Shown: one piece after another, positions 13,773-24,879 of the stretch
How the letters are laid out: each line of letters starts with the position of its first letter
Position numbering within the stretch: the first letter of the stretch is position 1
Assembly: GCA_001643675.2 (NCBI GenBank)
Contig: LSRY02000020.1
Location: 1,426,001-1,490,000, forward strand
DNA from: Monocercomonoides exilis PA203
Taxonomy: Eukaryota > Protista > Preaxostyla
Direction of reading: 5' to 3'
Length of the DNA: 64,000 nt
Made by a program: the position numbers and the translations under genes
Notes under the pieces: model-generated
What the model was told of the DNA's origin: nothing
Seen by the model: the letters and a program-made list of their open reading frames with translations, nothing else
The model's database searches: none

Positions 13773-14927
13773 CTCTTTTTCAATTTCTTTTCTTATTATC
13801 AAAATATCTTTCCCAATCATTATCTCTATCTTTTCTCTTCCTCTTTCTCTTCAACTATAACTTTCTTCTTCTTTCTTTCACACATTCACATTCACACCCT
13901 CCCACTCTCTTTTAATTACCACTTCACTCTTTCCACTTTCTTTCCCTCATTCCTTCTTTTCCTCATTCTCATCCTCTCTCACTCTTTCACTTTCAAAGTT
14001 CATTCATTCATTCACTCACTCACTCACTCACTCACTCACTCACTCACTCACTCACTCACTCACTCACTCACTCACTCACTCACTCACTCACTCACTCACT
14101 CACTCACTCACTCACTCACTCACTCACTCACTCACTCACTCACTCACTCACTCACTCACTCACTCACTCACTCACTCACTCACTCACTCAATTATTCATT
14201 TTATGAATTCAATCAATATTTCACAATTCTTTCAACCATTCAATTTCACATTCATTCAATCCCTCACGAACTGTTTTCTCCTTCTCTTTCTCTTTCTCTT
14301 TCTCTTTTTCTTTCACTTTCTCTTTCACTTTAACTTTTGAAATCGCTTCACATCATTGTGTTTCTCATAATATTCCATTTGAATGTTCGTTGGATGATTT
14401 CTTATTTTTCTTTTTCATTCATTCAATTAATCATTTATTCATCTATCCATTTGCACTTTCTTTTCTCTCTCATTTTCTTTTTCTTTCTTTCTTTTTTCGA
14501 ATTCTTAACATTTTGTTTTTACTCATCTTTAACATTTCTCTTTAAGAATTTGATTTGAGATGGGAAATAGAGGGGAGGAAAAAATGAGGATTGAATAAAA
14601 TATAAGTTTATAATGAAGGCAAAATGGAAAGAAAAGCGAAAGCGGAAAGAAAGCGAAAAATGAAAGGAAGAAGAAAAGAGAGGAGAGGAGAGGAGAAGAG
14701 AGGAGAAGAAGATAAATGAATGAGAAAAAGAAAAGGAAAAGGAATAAGAAAGAGAAAGAGAAAGAGAAAGAGAAAGAAAAAAGAAAGAAATTTGGAATAA
14801 AAGGGAAAAGGAGGGAAAGAAGGGAAAAGAGAAAGGTTAAAGGTGAAAAAGAAAAGAAAATGAATAGAAACAGAAAAAGAAAAAAAAGAAAAAAAAAAGA
14901 AAAAAAAGAGGAAAAAGAGAAAAAGAA

Positions 14928-15045
14928 AAGCTACAGCACTGGGTTTTTCCAGGCGGTCACCCATCCAAGTACTAACCCAGCGTTGGCCGCTTAACTTCGG
15001 AGGTCTGAAGGGATCCGGTGCGTATGACCAACTATGGCCGTAGCT
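14928..15045 (-). rRNA. 5S rRNA: 5S rRNA copy 11
   Basis: Same sequence as copy 1. Confidence 0.97.
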
Positions 15046-15117
15046 CACACACACTCCCTCAACCATCCCTTTTATAATCTTCCCCCCAACTATCCTTCTT
15101 TTCTTTCTTTCTTTCTA

Positions 15118-15148
<31 letters not shown>

Positions 15149-15957
15149 CTCTTTTTCAATTTCTTTTCTTATTATCAAAATATCTTTCCCAATCATTATC
15201 TTTATCTTTTCTCTTCCTCTTTCTCTTCAACTATAACTTTCTTCTTCTTTCTTTCACACATTCACATTCACACCCTCCCACTCTCTTTTAATTACCACTT
15301 CACTCTTTCTACTTTCTTTCCCTCATTCCTTCTTTTCCTCATTCTCATCCTCTCTTTCTCTTTCACTTTCACTTTTGAAATCGCTTCACATCATTGTGTT
15401 TCTCATAATATTCCATTCGAATATGTGTTGGATGATTTCTTATTTTCGTTTTTTATTCATTCATTCAATTAATCATTTATTCATAGATCCAATTGCACTT
15501 TCTTTTCTCTCTTATTTTCTTTTTCTTTCTTTCTTTTTTCGCATTCTTAACATTTTGTTTTTACTCATCTTTAACATTTCTCTTTAAGAATTTGATTTGA
15601 GATGGGAAATAGAGGGGAGGAAAAAATGAGGATTGAATAAAATATAAGTTTATAATGAAGGCAAAATGGAAAGAAAAGCGAAAGCGGAAAGAAAGCGAAA
15701 AATGAAAGGAAGAAGAAAAGAGAGGAGAGGAGAGGAGAAGAGAGGAGAAGAAGATAAATGAATGAGAAAAAGAAAAGGAAAAGGAATAAGAAAGAGAAAG
15801 AGAAAGAAAAAAGAAAGAAATTTGGAATAAAAGGGAAAAGGAGGGAAAGAAGGGAAAAGAGAAAGGTTAAAGGTGAAAAAGAAAAGAAAATGAATAGAAA
15901 CAGAAAAAGAAAAAAAAGAAAAAAAAAAGAAAAAAAAGAGGAAAAAGAGAAAAAGAA

Positions 15958-16075
15958 AAGCTACAGCACTGGGTTTTTCCAGGCGGTCACCCATCCAAGT
16001 ACTAACCCAGCGTTGGCCGCTTAACTTCGGAGGTCTGAAGGGATCCGGTGCGTATGACCAACTATGGCCGTAGCT
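15958..16075 (-). rRNA. 5S rRNA: 5S rRNA copy 12 (short-spacer edge unit)
   Basis: Same sequence as copy 1. Confidence 0.97.
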
Positions 16076-16147
16076 CACACACACTCCCTCAACCATCCCT
16101 TTTATAATCTTCCCCCCAACTATCCTTCTTTTCTTTCTTTCTTTCTA

Positions 16148-16178
<31 letters not shown>

Positions 16179-16999
16179 CTCTTTTTCAATTTCTTTTCTT
16201 ATTATCAAAATATCTTTCCCAATCATTATCTCTATCTTTTCTCTTCCTCTTTCTCTTCAACTATAACTTTCTTCTTCTTTCTTTCACACATTCACATTCA
16301 CACCCTCCCACTCTCTTTTAATTACCACTTCACTCTTTCTACTTTCTTTCCCTCATTCCTTCTTTTCCTCATTCTCATCCTCTCTTTCTCTTTCACTTTC
16401 ACTTTTGAAATCGCTTCACATCATTGTGTTTCTCATAATATTCCATTCGAATATGTGTTGGATGATTTCTTATTTTCGTTTTTTATTCATTCATTCAATT
16501 AATCATTTATTCATAGATCCAATTGCACTTTCTTTTCTCTCTTATTTTCTTTTTCTTTCTTTCTTTTTTCGCATTCTTAACATTTTGTTTTTACTCATCT
16601 TTAACATTTCTCTTTAAGAATTTGATTTGAGATGGGAAATAGAGGGGAGGAAAAAATGAGGATTGAATAAAATATAAGTTTATAATGAAGGGAAAATAGA
16701 AAGAAAAGCGAAAGCGGAAAGAAAGCGAAAAATGAAAGGAAGAAGAAAAGAGAGGAGAGGAGAGGAGAAGAGAGGAGAAGAAGATAAATGAATGAGAAAA
16801 AGAAAAGGAAAAGGAATAAGAAAGAGAAAGAGAAAGAGAAAGAGAAAGAAAAAAGAAAGAAATTTGGAATAAAAGGGAAAAGGAGGGAAAGAAGGGAAAA
16901 GAGAAAGGTTAAAGGTGAAAAAGAAAAGAAAATGAATAGAAACAGAAAAAGAAAAAAAAGAAAAAAAAAAGAAAAAAAAGAGGAAAAAGAGAAAAAGAA

Positions 17000-17117
17000 A
17001 AGCTACAGCACTGGGTTTTTCCAGGCGGTCACCCATCCAAGTACTAACCCAGCGTTGGCCGCTTAACTTCGGAGGTCTGAAGGGATCCGGTGCGTATGAC
17101 CAACTATGGCCGTAGCT
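17000..17117 (-). rRNA. 5S rRNA: 5S rRNA copy 13 (terminal copy)
   Basis: Same sequence as copy 1. Only ~65 bp of the upstream spacer is kept before unique sequence begins. Confidence 0.97.
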
Positions 17118-17931
17118 CACACACACTCCCTCAACCATCCCTTTTATAATCTTCCCCCCAACTATCCTTCTTTTCTTTCTTTCTTTCTCTTTTTCTTCCT
17201 CTTTCTTTTTTTTTTTTTTCATTTTTTTTATTTTCTTTTTTTCTTTTTCTCTTTTGTTTTTTATATATTTTTTTCTATTATTGAACAATGATTTTTTTTT
17301 TTTTTTTTGAAACGTTCCTATTTTGCAAATTTAGAATGAAATATCAATTTCTTATATCAATCAATTTTATGTTCTTTCTAATGAAACTTCACAAAATTGA
17401 AAATATTACCAATGTCAAGATTTTATTTTATTGACATTAAAATTTGCTGAGTGGGAACAGAAATTTGATTGAAAAAGGAAATTTTTATTTTATTTGAAAA
17501 TTAAACAAAAGTTACTTTTCAAATAAATTAAGAAATATCTTTCCCAATTTAAATCTTATTCTTTATTTCTCTTTCTGTCTGTCTTTCTTTCTTTTGCATT
17601 TCTCTCTATTTATTTCATTATGCTATTTTTTTCTAGAATTTTTTTTTTTTTTGTTATCCCTATTTTTAATTTTAATTTATTTTTGTATTTTTGTTTTTAT
17701 TTCATATATCATTTTTTATATTCTTTTAAATATTAATATTGTTTTTAATTCTTTTCTTATTTGAATCGTATTTTTTGAGTTTCCCATAAGTTTTTATCAT
17801 TTTAAATTTTTTATTTCCTGCTTTATAATGATTTAGCTTACTGGTTTGTAGAATGATGATTACTATTTTTGATTATTTTTATTCAAAGACATTTTTTGTG
17901 AAAAGCGAATAAATAGAATTGTTCTTCCGAA

Positions 17932-18690
17932 ATGGAGGTTTCGCGTACAGACTTTCTTCCATATGCAAGTTCGCACAATGAGCATGGCGCAAATAGCGCA
18001 TTACATTGCAACAAAAAGAATGTGGAAAAGATGATTGATGATATTTATAATTGGAATACCCACCAAATACAACCTCCAACTACACCTTTAGAACTTTCAC
18101 CATTTCAATCTCCTAATTTTGATGAATTCTTCATTTTTATTGAAAAAGCAACGAAAAAGCTTGAGAAAATAAAAAACAAAATTTCCAAAAATCCAGAAAA
18201 AGAAATTGAAAAGGGTATTGATTTTTCGAAAGTTGAGACTTTTATCGAAGAAGCAAAAATTCAACTGGCAAAGAACGCAAAAGCAACTGAACAATTAGAA
18301 AAACGCATTTCAGCTTGGAAGGAGCAGGAAGGATTATCTTCTCCATTTGAATCAGACGAACAAACACCACTTAAAGAATCTCTTGATTCATTAAATCTTT
18401 CAAAGCAACGCTTAGACTGTATTGTGGTAAGAGATACAAATGTACTAAAAAGTGTCGAACAGCAATTGGATCAAACGTTTGTACCACAAATTTTTGTTGT
18501 GAATTCATAATCATTTTCTTAGAAAAGAGTGTTTCCAGTCGCTCCAGCCTGAAATAGAAAAATTAAAGGTTCAAACAAAAATGGAAAACCCGATTTCACA
18601 TCCGTAATTTTTTGTTGTTTTTTAAGCCTTTTTCTTTCAACAAAGGAGTGTAAGTTAGATGAAATTTCTATTTTCTTTCACAATGGCTGA
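17932..18690 (+). CDS. Hypothetical coiled-coil protein (probably 3 exons)
   Basis: 192-aa ORF rich in E/K/L. Plausible GT-AG introns at ~18477-18522 and ~18569-18645 extend it to TGA at 18688-18690. No recognisable family. Confidence 0.55.
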
Positions 18691-18696
18691 AGCTTA

Positions 18697-21600
18697 TTAT
18701 TGTTGTTCTCGGTGGCTGCAATTAAATGAATGGCCCGCTGCAAAAGTGTGTGTTGAAGTGCCAGATGTTATTGAAGAAGAGAGGAGAGCTGAAGAATCTG
18801 AGTGAAGTGGGCGAGGAGAATAAGGAGATGTGCCAGGGAGTCTAAGAGGTATTTTATTTGGTTTCTGATAGTCATCAGAAGATAAGTCTCTGAAGGAATT
18901 GGAAGGTGAAGGCATCAAAGACGAGTGCTGGTCTCTGCTGAGTGAATACAAAGGCTGCCCAATATCAGAGGGTTTAACTGTTGGGTAGGGATAATTGCGT
19001 GGAGACGAACCCAGAAGGAGATTCCTCCGCTTTCTTCCACTTCCACTTTCTCTGCTACTGCTTCCTGCTGCGGTTGTGTAGCTGTCTCGATTCCGTCCAG
19101 AAAATGAAGAATATGATGAAGATATGCGAGAAGAAGAACTTGGTGATGTGAATATTGGCGGAGACAAAGAACTCCTTTCTGATGAATATGAACGTTCGTA
19201 CTGTTCTGGCCGAGACGAATAAGTATTTTTGCGAGTTGGTGGGTGTCTTGTGCTTGCAGAGTATCTGCTGTCGTGGCTTTTTTCTTCCCACATCATTTGC
19301 GCAAAGTTCTCCACAATTTCCATTGTCTCTCGCGCTTCTTCTTTCTTCTGTCTTTCTCTGAGCAATTCCCTTCCTCTCGAAGCTCGTCCGCTTCTGATCT
19401 GTGCTGACCCCACAGCCGAGCGGGACGAGGCAGGCGAGCTGTAATATGACCGCCTGCTTTGGGTGTCTCTGCCAGGAGAGGCAGACACAGACGTTCTTCT
19501 GGTCTCTTCTCCACTTGCTGAAGAAGGAGTCCGGCCTCGTCTGTTCAGAATTGCAGGCATCTGCATTCCGTTGTGTCTGACAGGTGTTTGTGAAGTGGAG
19601 CGATAAGAAGGAGATTGAGAAGATGTAACACTTCGTGAAATGATTGATTGCTGCCGTCCGCGTCGAGAAGAGGAAGAGCGCATTGAAAGAGCAGGAGAGC
19701 GTGGAGTTTGTGGTGTGGATGGAGAAGAAAATGACGTGGTTGAAGTGCGTTGAGACGAAAAGACGCGAGATGAACCGGCAGAAGGGCGGCTTCGTGAGAC
19801 AGGAAGAGAGCGGACTGAGCTGACAGACGCGTTGGATCCTCGTGAGCTGACGGATGACCTCGATGCAGTGGATCTGCGCGACGAAGGCCGGCTTGTACGC
19901 GATGGAGTTGAAGGTGATGATGGTACTGAAAGCGGAACAAGATAAGGGAAAAGGTTCCACATCCCTCGCCGCTTCCTTGAAGAGGCCGAAGCTGACCGTA
20001 TGTCTCCTCTTTGAAGTGCATAAGCAGGAGAGTCCTTCAGTTTGATGAATCGTGCGTATTCTTTCAGTAGCAAATTATCGATGAAATAGGCAACTGTCGA
20101 GGGCGGGTCGTTGGCTCTGAAGTGTTTGTGAATAATAGGAGGCGTCTCTTCAATCGCATTCAAATTCGATTGAACTGATCTTTCGCGTGCATGCGACGTG
20201 GCAGATCTATTCTGCTTCGACGACCCTGTAATCATCCAGTTGGTTATTGAAATAGAAGAGGAAGGATCTTCAGAAGGAGCATCAGGTGCAGAGAGAAGAG
20301 ACGAGAAAGAATGGTCCAGATCGTCTTCGCTGTAGAGATCTGTGGGCTTTCCTGGGTCTTCCAGCTTGCTCTGCGCTGAAGCCGATGCCACAAAGGCGTC
20401 GAGATCGCTCATCTTCTGAGAAAGAGTCAGTTTGTCTTCGGTGAATGCAGGCGCTGGATCGACTGCTGGGTGCACCTGAATTGAGTTGCGTGTGCCGCGG
20501 GCAGAGGCGCGGCGAGAGGAGAGAGGGCTGTCTTTGACAAGCACAATTGGCACAGTGCGATAGGGAGATGGTGCTTGTCGAGGTATTCCTTTCATCAATG
20601 CAGATGAATTGCGATCGGTTGACTGGATGTCTTCTAAGTACTTGATGAGATTGGAATAGAACGGTATTTTGAATGGAAACAAGCTGTACAAAATACATGA
20701 AGTTTAAATAGAAGAGAAAGAAAAATAAAAGAAAGAAAAGAAAAAGATTTTTTTTATTGTTAATTTACAATATTGTTTAAATTCAAAAAATAAATAAATA
20801 AAGAAGCATACCGTTTTAAATAAGGAATATATTCTTTCAGATGAGCCTTCGATTCGAGCTCTCTTTTTGTGATTTTGAGCACAGTGTAGCAGTTGACAAT
20901 AGCTACAGTAATGATTCGTCTGTCGCAAGGAATATAGATGACGTTCAATTGGTTAAGTATCAAATAGTTTTGAGGTGATCAAAAAAGTCAAGAATTTGTT
21001 GTCAGAAAATTTGGAGATAAATTATAGAGGAAAAATAAAAAACGAAATAACCTGAATTTGAAGCAAAATCTTATTTAAAAAGAATAGCATACACTAATGC
21101 AAAAGAAGCATCGTCATAAGCACAGGAGCCCTTCTGTGGATCAGTCACATTAAACAGAGCCTTCCACTCTTCCTTCATGTTCCTTCCTTCTCTTTCGCTT
21201 TCTTTCCTCATCGTTCTGCTGGCGGACTGCCTCGTTTTTGATTGAGTAGTCCCCACTCTCTCTGTGCTTCCCTTTGAGCCCTGCAATGCAGTTGTATTGT
21301 TATCACTTTCATATGAAGCAGCAGATGAAGCAGCAGCATTGTTTTCAATGTCTGTGAATTCATTCACTGTATCGTCATTCATCTCGCTCGGGTCTCTTCT
21401 TTGCATCTTCTTCTCCTGGTTGATTCGCTCTTTTTCCAAATTCTTTCTCTTCCGCTCCTCGTCAGCTGCTCTTTCTTCTTCTTCTCTCTTTCTCTCCTTC
21501 TCTTCTGCGTCTTCTGCATGTGAACATGCCCAATCGTCCGTTTCATTGCCACTCGGACGCTCTCCGAAAGCAATGCTCCGCAACTTCCCTTTCTGCTTGA

Positions 21601-23345
21601 TAAACAGCCCCTCAGGATCGTCATACTCATCATCGAGCCACAGCCTGTTGATGTCTTCGTCTTCGCCATCAGCTTCTTCACCTTCTTCTTCATGGTCTGA
21701 GTGCACTCGTTCCTTCCGTTCAGATTTGTCTCTGTCATCTCTCCTCTTCTTCTTCAGAAGCTGTTTGAGAAAGGACACAATCGCCTTTTTCTTTTCCTGT
21801 GTTGCTTTTTCATCTCCTTTTTCATCTTCATCTTCCATTTTTTCGGTAAACCGAAAGCTTCCGTCGCTGATCAATGAAGAGCTGTCTGAAAATGATGACA
21901 GCGAAGCTTGTGATGCTGTGCTATAGCGCAATGATCTTTTTGTGCATAAGCGAGAATTATTGAAATAGCTTAAACGGTTGGACGACTTTGCGGAATAAAC
22001 TGAAGATCGAGAAGGTGAAGAAGCTAATGAAGAGGAAGAAGAAGAAGAACTTGAAAGGCGATATTTTCTGGTTATTGATTCAACTAATGATTTCTCATGC
22101 CAAGTCTCTGCAAAGCCGGCCATTCTTCTCATATTCTCATTCAAGTCAATTGACTGTTCTTGTCCTGCCTCATTGTGCCTTCCTCTATCTTTCATTGAGC
22201 TTCTTCTTTTTCTTTCTCCTGCATGATACGACACAGGCAGCACAAACATATGGCTCAAATAGTCCGCTTTCCCCATCAGCTCTCTCAGCTCAATGCCTTC
22301 CATTCCTTCCCACTCGCTGGCGTCTCTCACATCCAAGTCGCTATTTAAGGCCTGTTCTTGTTCCTGATCATCTGTCCACATTTCCTTTTTTTCGTTTTCT
22401 GTTCGCTTTTTCAAATAAGAAGGAAGACGCTTTTCTTGTTCTTTCTTTCTGCAAGGAAAACGTCTTTCGCACAGCTCATCCCTAAGCTCGGAAATGATGT
22501 TACTAAGAGTCACATAGCACTCTTCATATCTAAGTATTGCAAAAAATGCAAACAATTCGAATTTGTGCGAATATTAAGCATACCGTTTTAATTTATAAAA
22601 GATGTAGCTCTTCTGGAGATGAAGAACACTTCGAACAATTAATTCCATGGTTGGCGGAAAAAATGATGCTGGATAGGCTGAACCTAAAAATTGAAGTGAT
22701 TTGTCGATCATGTCAATTGACGTTGGCCACATTTCTTTTCTAAAAAGAATGATGATTTTTTTTTAATAATTCAAAAATGAAGCAAACTTCATATTATACA
22801 ATGCCTGTATTGAATAAATGACAAAGCGAAAACGGTTGAATCCATTTGTTCCACGAAAGCGAATCATTATGTTTTGAGCCTTTCTCACGAAACCCAAAGA
22901 ATCGATTGAAGAGAAAGCTAATGGAAAATGAGAAATTATTGAAGGAAAAATCATTCATACAAGCATCACTTGACACAGATAAAGCACATCTAAGAAGGAT
23001 TGAAATGTAAAGATCGGTCAGGCAGAATATTTCAGGAGAGGAATGAATCCCATTTGAACAAGCATCACGAATGATGCTTTCCATTTCCATGAGATCCATA
23101 ACGCTAATGCACTATATTTTTAGTTTTTAATTACAATAGTTAGCATTATAAAAACATATGCACACTTCTGGTCGAGAAAATATATATTCAACCAATAAAT
23201 CTATATCTTCGCTATTTTGAATGGAAGCATCGCTATTACTATCGACTTGCTTTAAAATAGAAATGTGTGGCGATAAATATGTGAAATAATTCCTTATTTT
23301 AACTGTGGGATGAAAAAGAGCATAAATATTTAAAAAGATGCTCAT
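18697..23345 (-). CDS. Large multi-exon hypothetical protein with acidic/Ser-rich middle and Ser/Arg-rich C-terminus (possible STRIP/Far11-like)
   Basis: Co-oriented ORFs 23127-23345, 22794-23099, 21071-22555, 20760-20963 and 18697-20691 are separated by AT-rich GT-AG introns. The last junction (CG|gtatgc...tacag|C TTG TTT) is phase-compatible. The other junctions are not all resolved. Confidence 0.65.
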
Positions 23346-23654
23346 TCAAAATTTACTATGGGGTATTTTTTTCGCAATTTTTTTTTTAATTATATTTTTG
23401 TTTTTTATTTAATCAAAGCCTAAAAATAAAATTATTTCCAATAAAGTATGAAGTTAAAATATGGAAACAGTTTATGAAGAATAATTTTTATCAAAGAAAA
23501 TAAATGTTTTGTCAACGAATAAAAAGAAAAAACCAATAGAAACATTTTTATCATTGTTTAATAATTAATTTTATTTCGACTGAAAGAAAATGATGCTGAA
23601 TGAATGATTAATATGTTAATTTTTCGGTTTTTCTGATAAAAGCAATTGATATAA

Positions 23655-24620
23655 GGTGGTTTTTTTATCCGGACATTTTTTTTTTTATTGGCATTTCTCA
23701 ATAAATAAAAACTGAAAATAGAAATGGCATATTGAACCAGGTTTGAATATGTATTCAACGTTCATACAAAAAAAATTTTTTGTCAATTTTTGTTTTTGAT
23801 GAAGATCTTGGGAATTTTTAATTTATTTTTGATCATTTGTTTTGTCCATTTTGGACTATCTTTCTTTCTTTGTTTATTTTCAACTATAAGGCTATGAAAC
23901 AAATACAATGAAGTTTTATTATTCCAAATATTATTTGTTTTTAACTATTTTTTCAGGAGTTTTTCGCATTTCATCGTTTTTGACAAAAATCATGAAAAAC
24001 TGAAAATTTTGAATGATACGACATTTATTAGATATTTTAAATGATGTGCATGAAAAGGTGAAAATTTTTACGAAGTCTTTATTTGGTTACAACTTTGTAA
24101 AGTATTGTTGCAATAGTTGTATCAATCAGTTTTTGATTATTTCTTATTTGTTCATTTCATTTTTGTTTCAATTTTATATGACTAACAAATGAAATTTGTT
24201 ATGTATTTTAATCTTTTAAACATGGCATGTTGTAATATTAGTCGTAAAATACAACAACAGAATAGAAATTTTCAGTTTTTCATGATTTTTGTCAAAAACG
24301 ATGAAATGCGAAAAACTCCTGAAAAAATAGTTAAAAACAAATAATATTTGGAATAATAAAACTTCATTGTATTTGTTTCATAGCCTTATAGTTGAAAATA
24401 AACAAAGAAAGAAAGATAGTCCAAAATGGACAAAACAAATGATCAAAAATAAATTAAAAATTCCCAAGATCTTCATCAAAAACAAAAATTGACAAAAAAT
24501 TTTTTTTGTATGAACGTTGAATACATATTCAAACCTGGTTCAATATGCCATTTCTATTTTCAGTTTTTATTTATTGAGAAATGCCAATAAAAAAAAAAAT
24601 GTCCGGATAAAAAAACCACC
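23655..24620. repeat. Long inverted repeat: arms 23655-24009 and 24266-24620, 256-bp spacer (foldback/MITE-like)
   Basis: The arms are reverse complements over ~355 bp and appear to differ only in homopolymer length. No coding capacity and no clear TSD. Confidence 0.9.
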
Positions 24621-24879
24621 ATTTTTTCTTTTATATTATGAATTATTATCCAATGGTGTTTTATATGAATAATCGCTACATGGAAAACAAATGAAAACGA
24701 TATATATTTTAATATCCATTCAACCAAAATAGTCACAAAATTTTTGAAGAGTTAATTCACTGATCTTGCCCATGTTAAATGTTAAATAATGCTAATTTTT
24801 GTCGAACCGATTTCTCGTCAAGTGGCTCATGTTTGATGCTTTCCTCTTTAATTTTTAAAACACAAAAATTATTGAGCAA

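Larger units (their letters stand above)
1..17175. repeat. Tandem 5S rDNA array (right-hand end): 13 genes, unit ~1.36-1.42 kb, last two spacers ~1.03-1.04 kb
   Basis: The same 118-nt GC-rich block recurs 13 times with near-identical purine/pyrimidine-skewed spacers. The array ends at ~17.18 kb in unique AT-rich sequence and runs off the window to the left. Confidence 0.97.

Noticed and set aside
1-17175. CRISPR array or telomeric repeat
   Set aside because: Spacers are near-identical rather than unique and the conserved block is 5S rRNA. (CACT)n is internal to each unit and is not a G-rich telomere motif.
435-17291. Dozens of predicted ORFs (Phe/Ser-rich, Lys/Arg-rich, HSLT repeats) in the array
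   Set aside because: Artefacts of purine/pyrimidine-skewed spacers and microsatellites. Frames change between units with homopolymer length, and several overlap the 5S gene.
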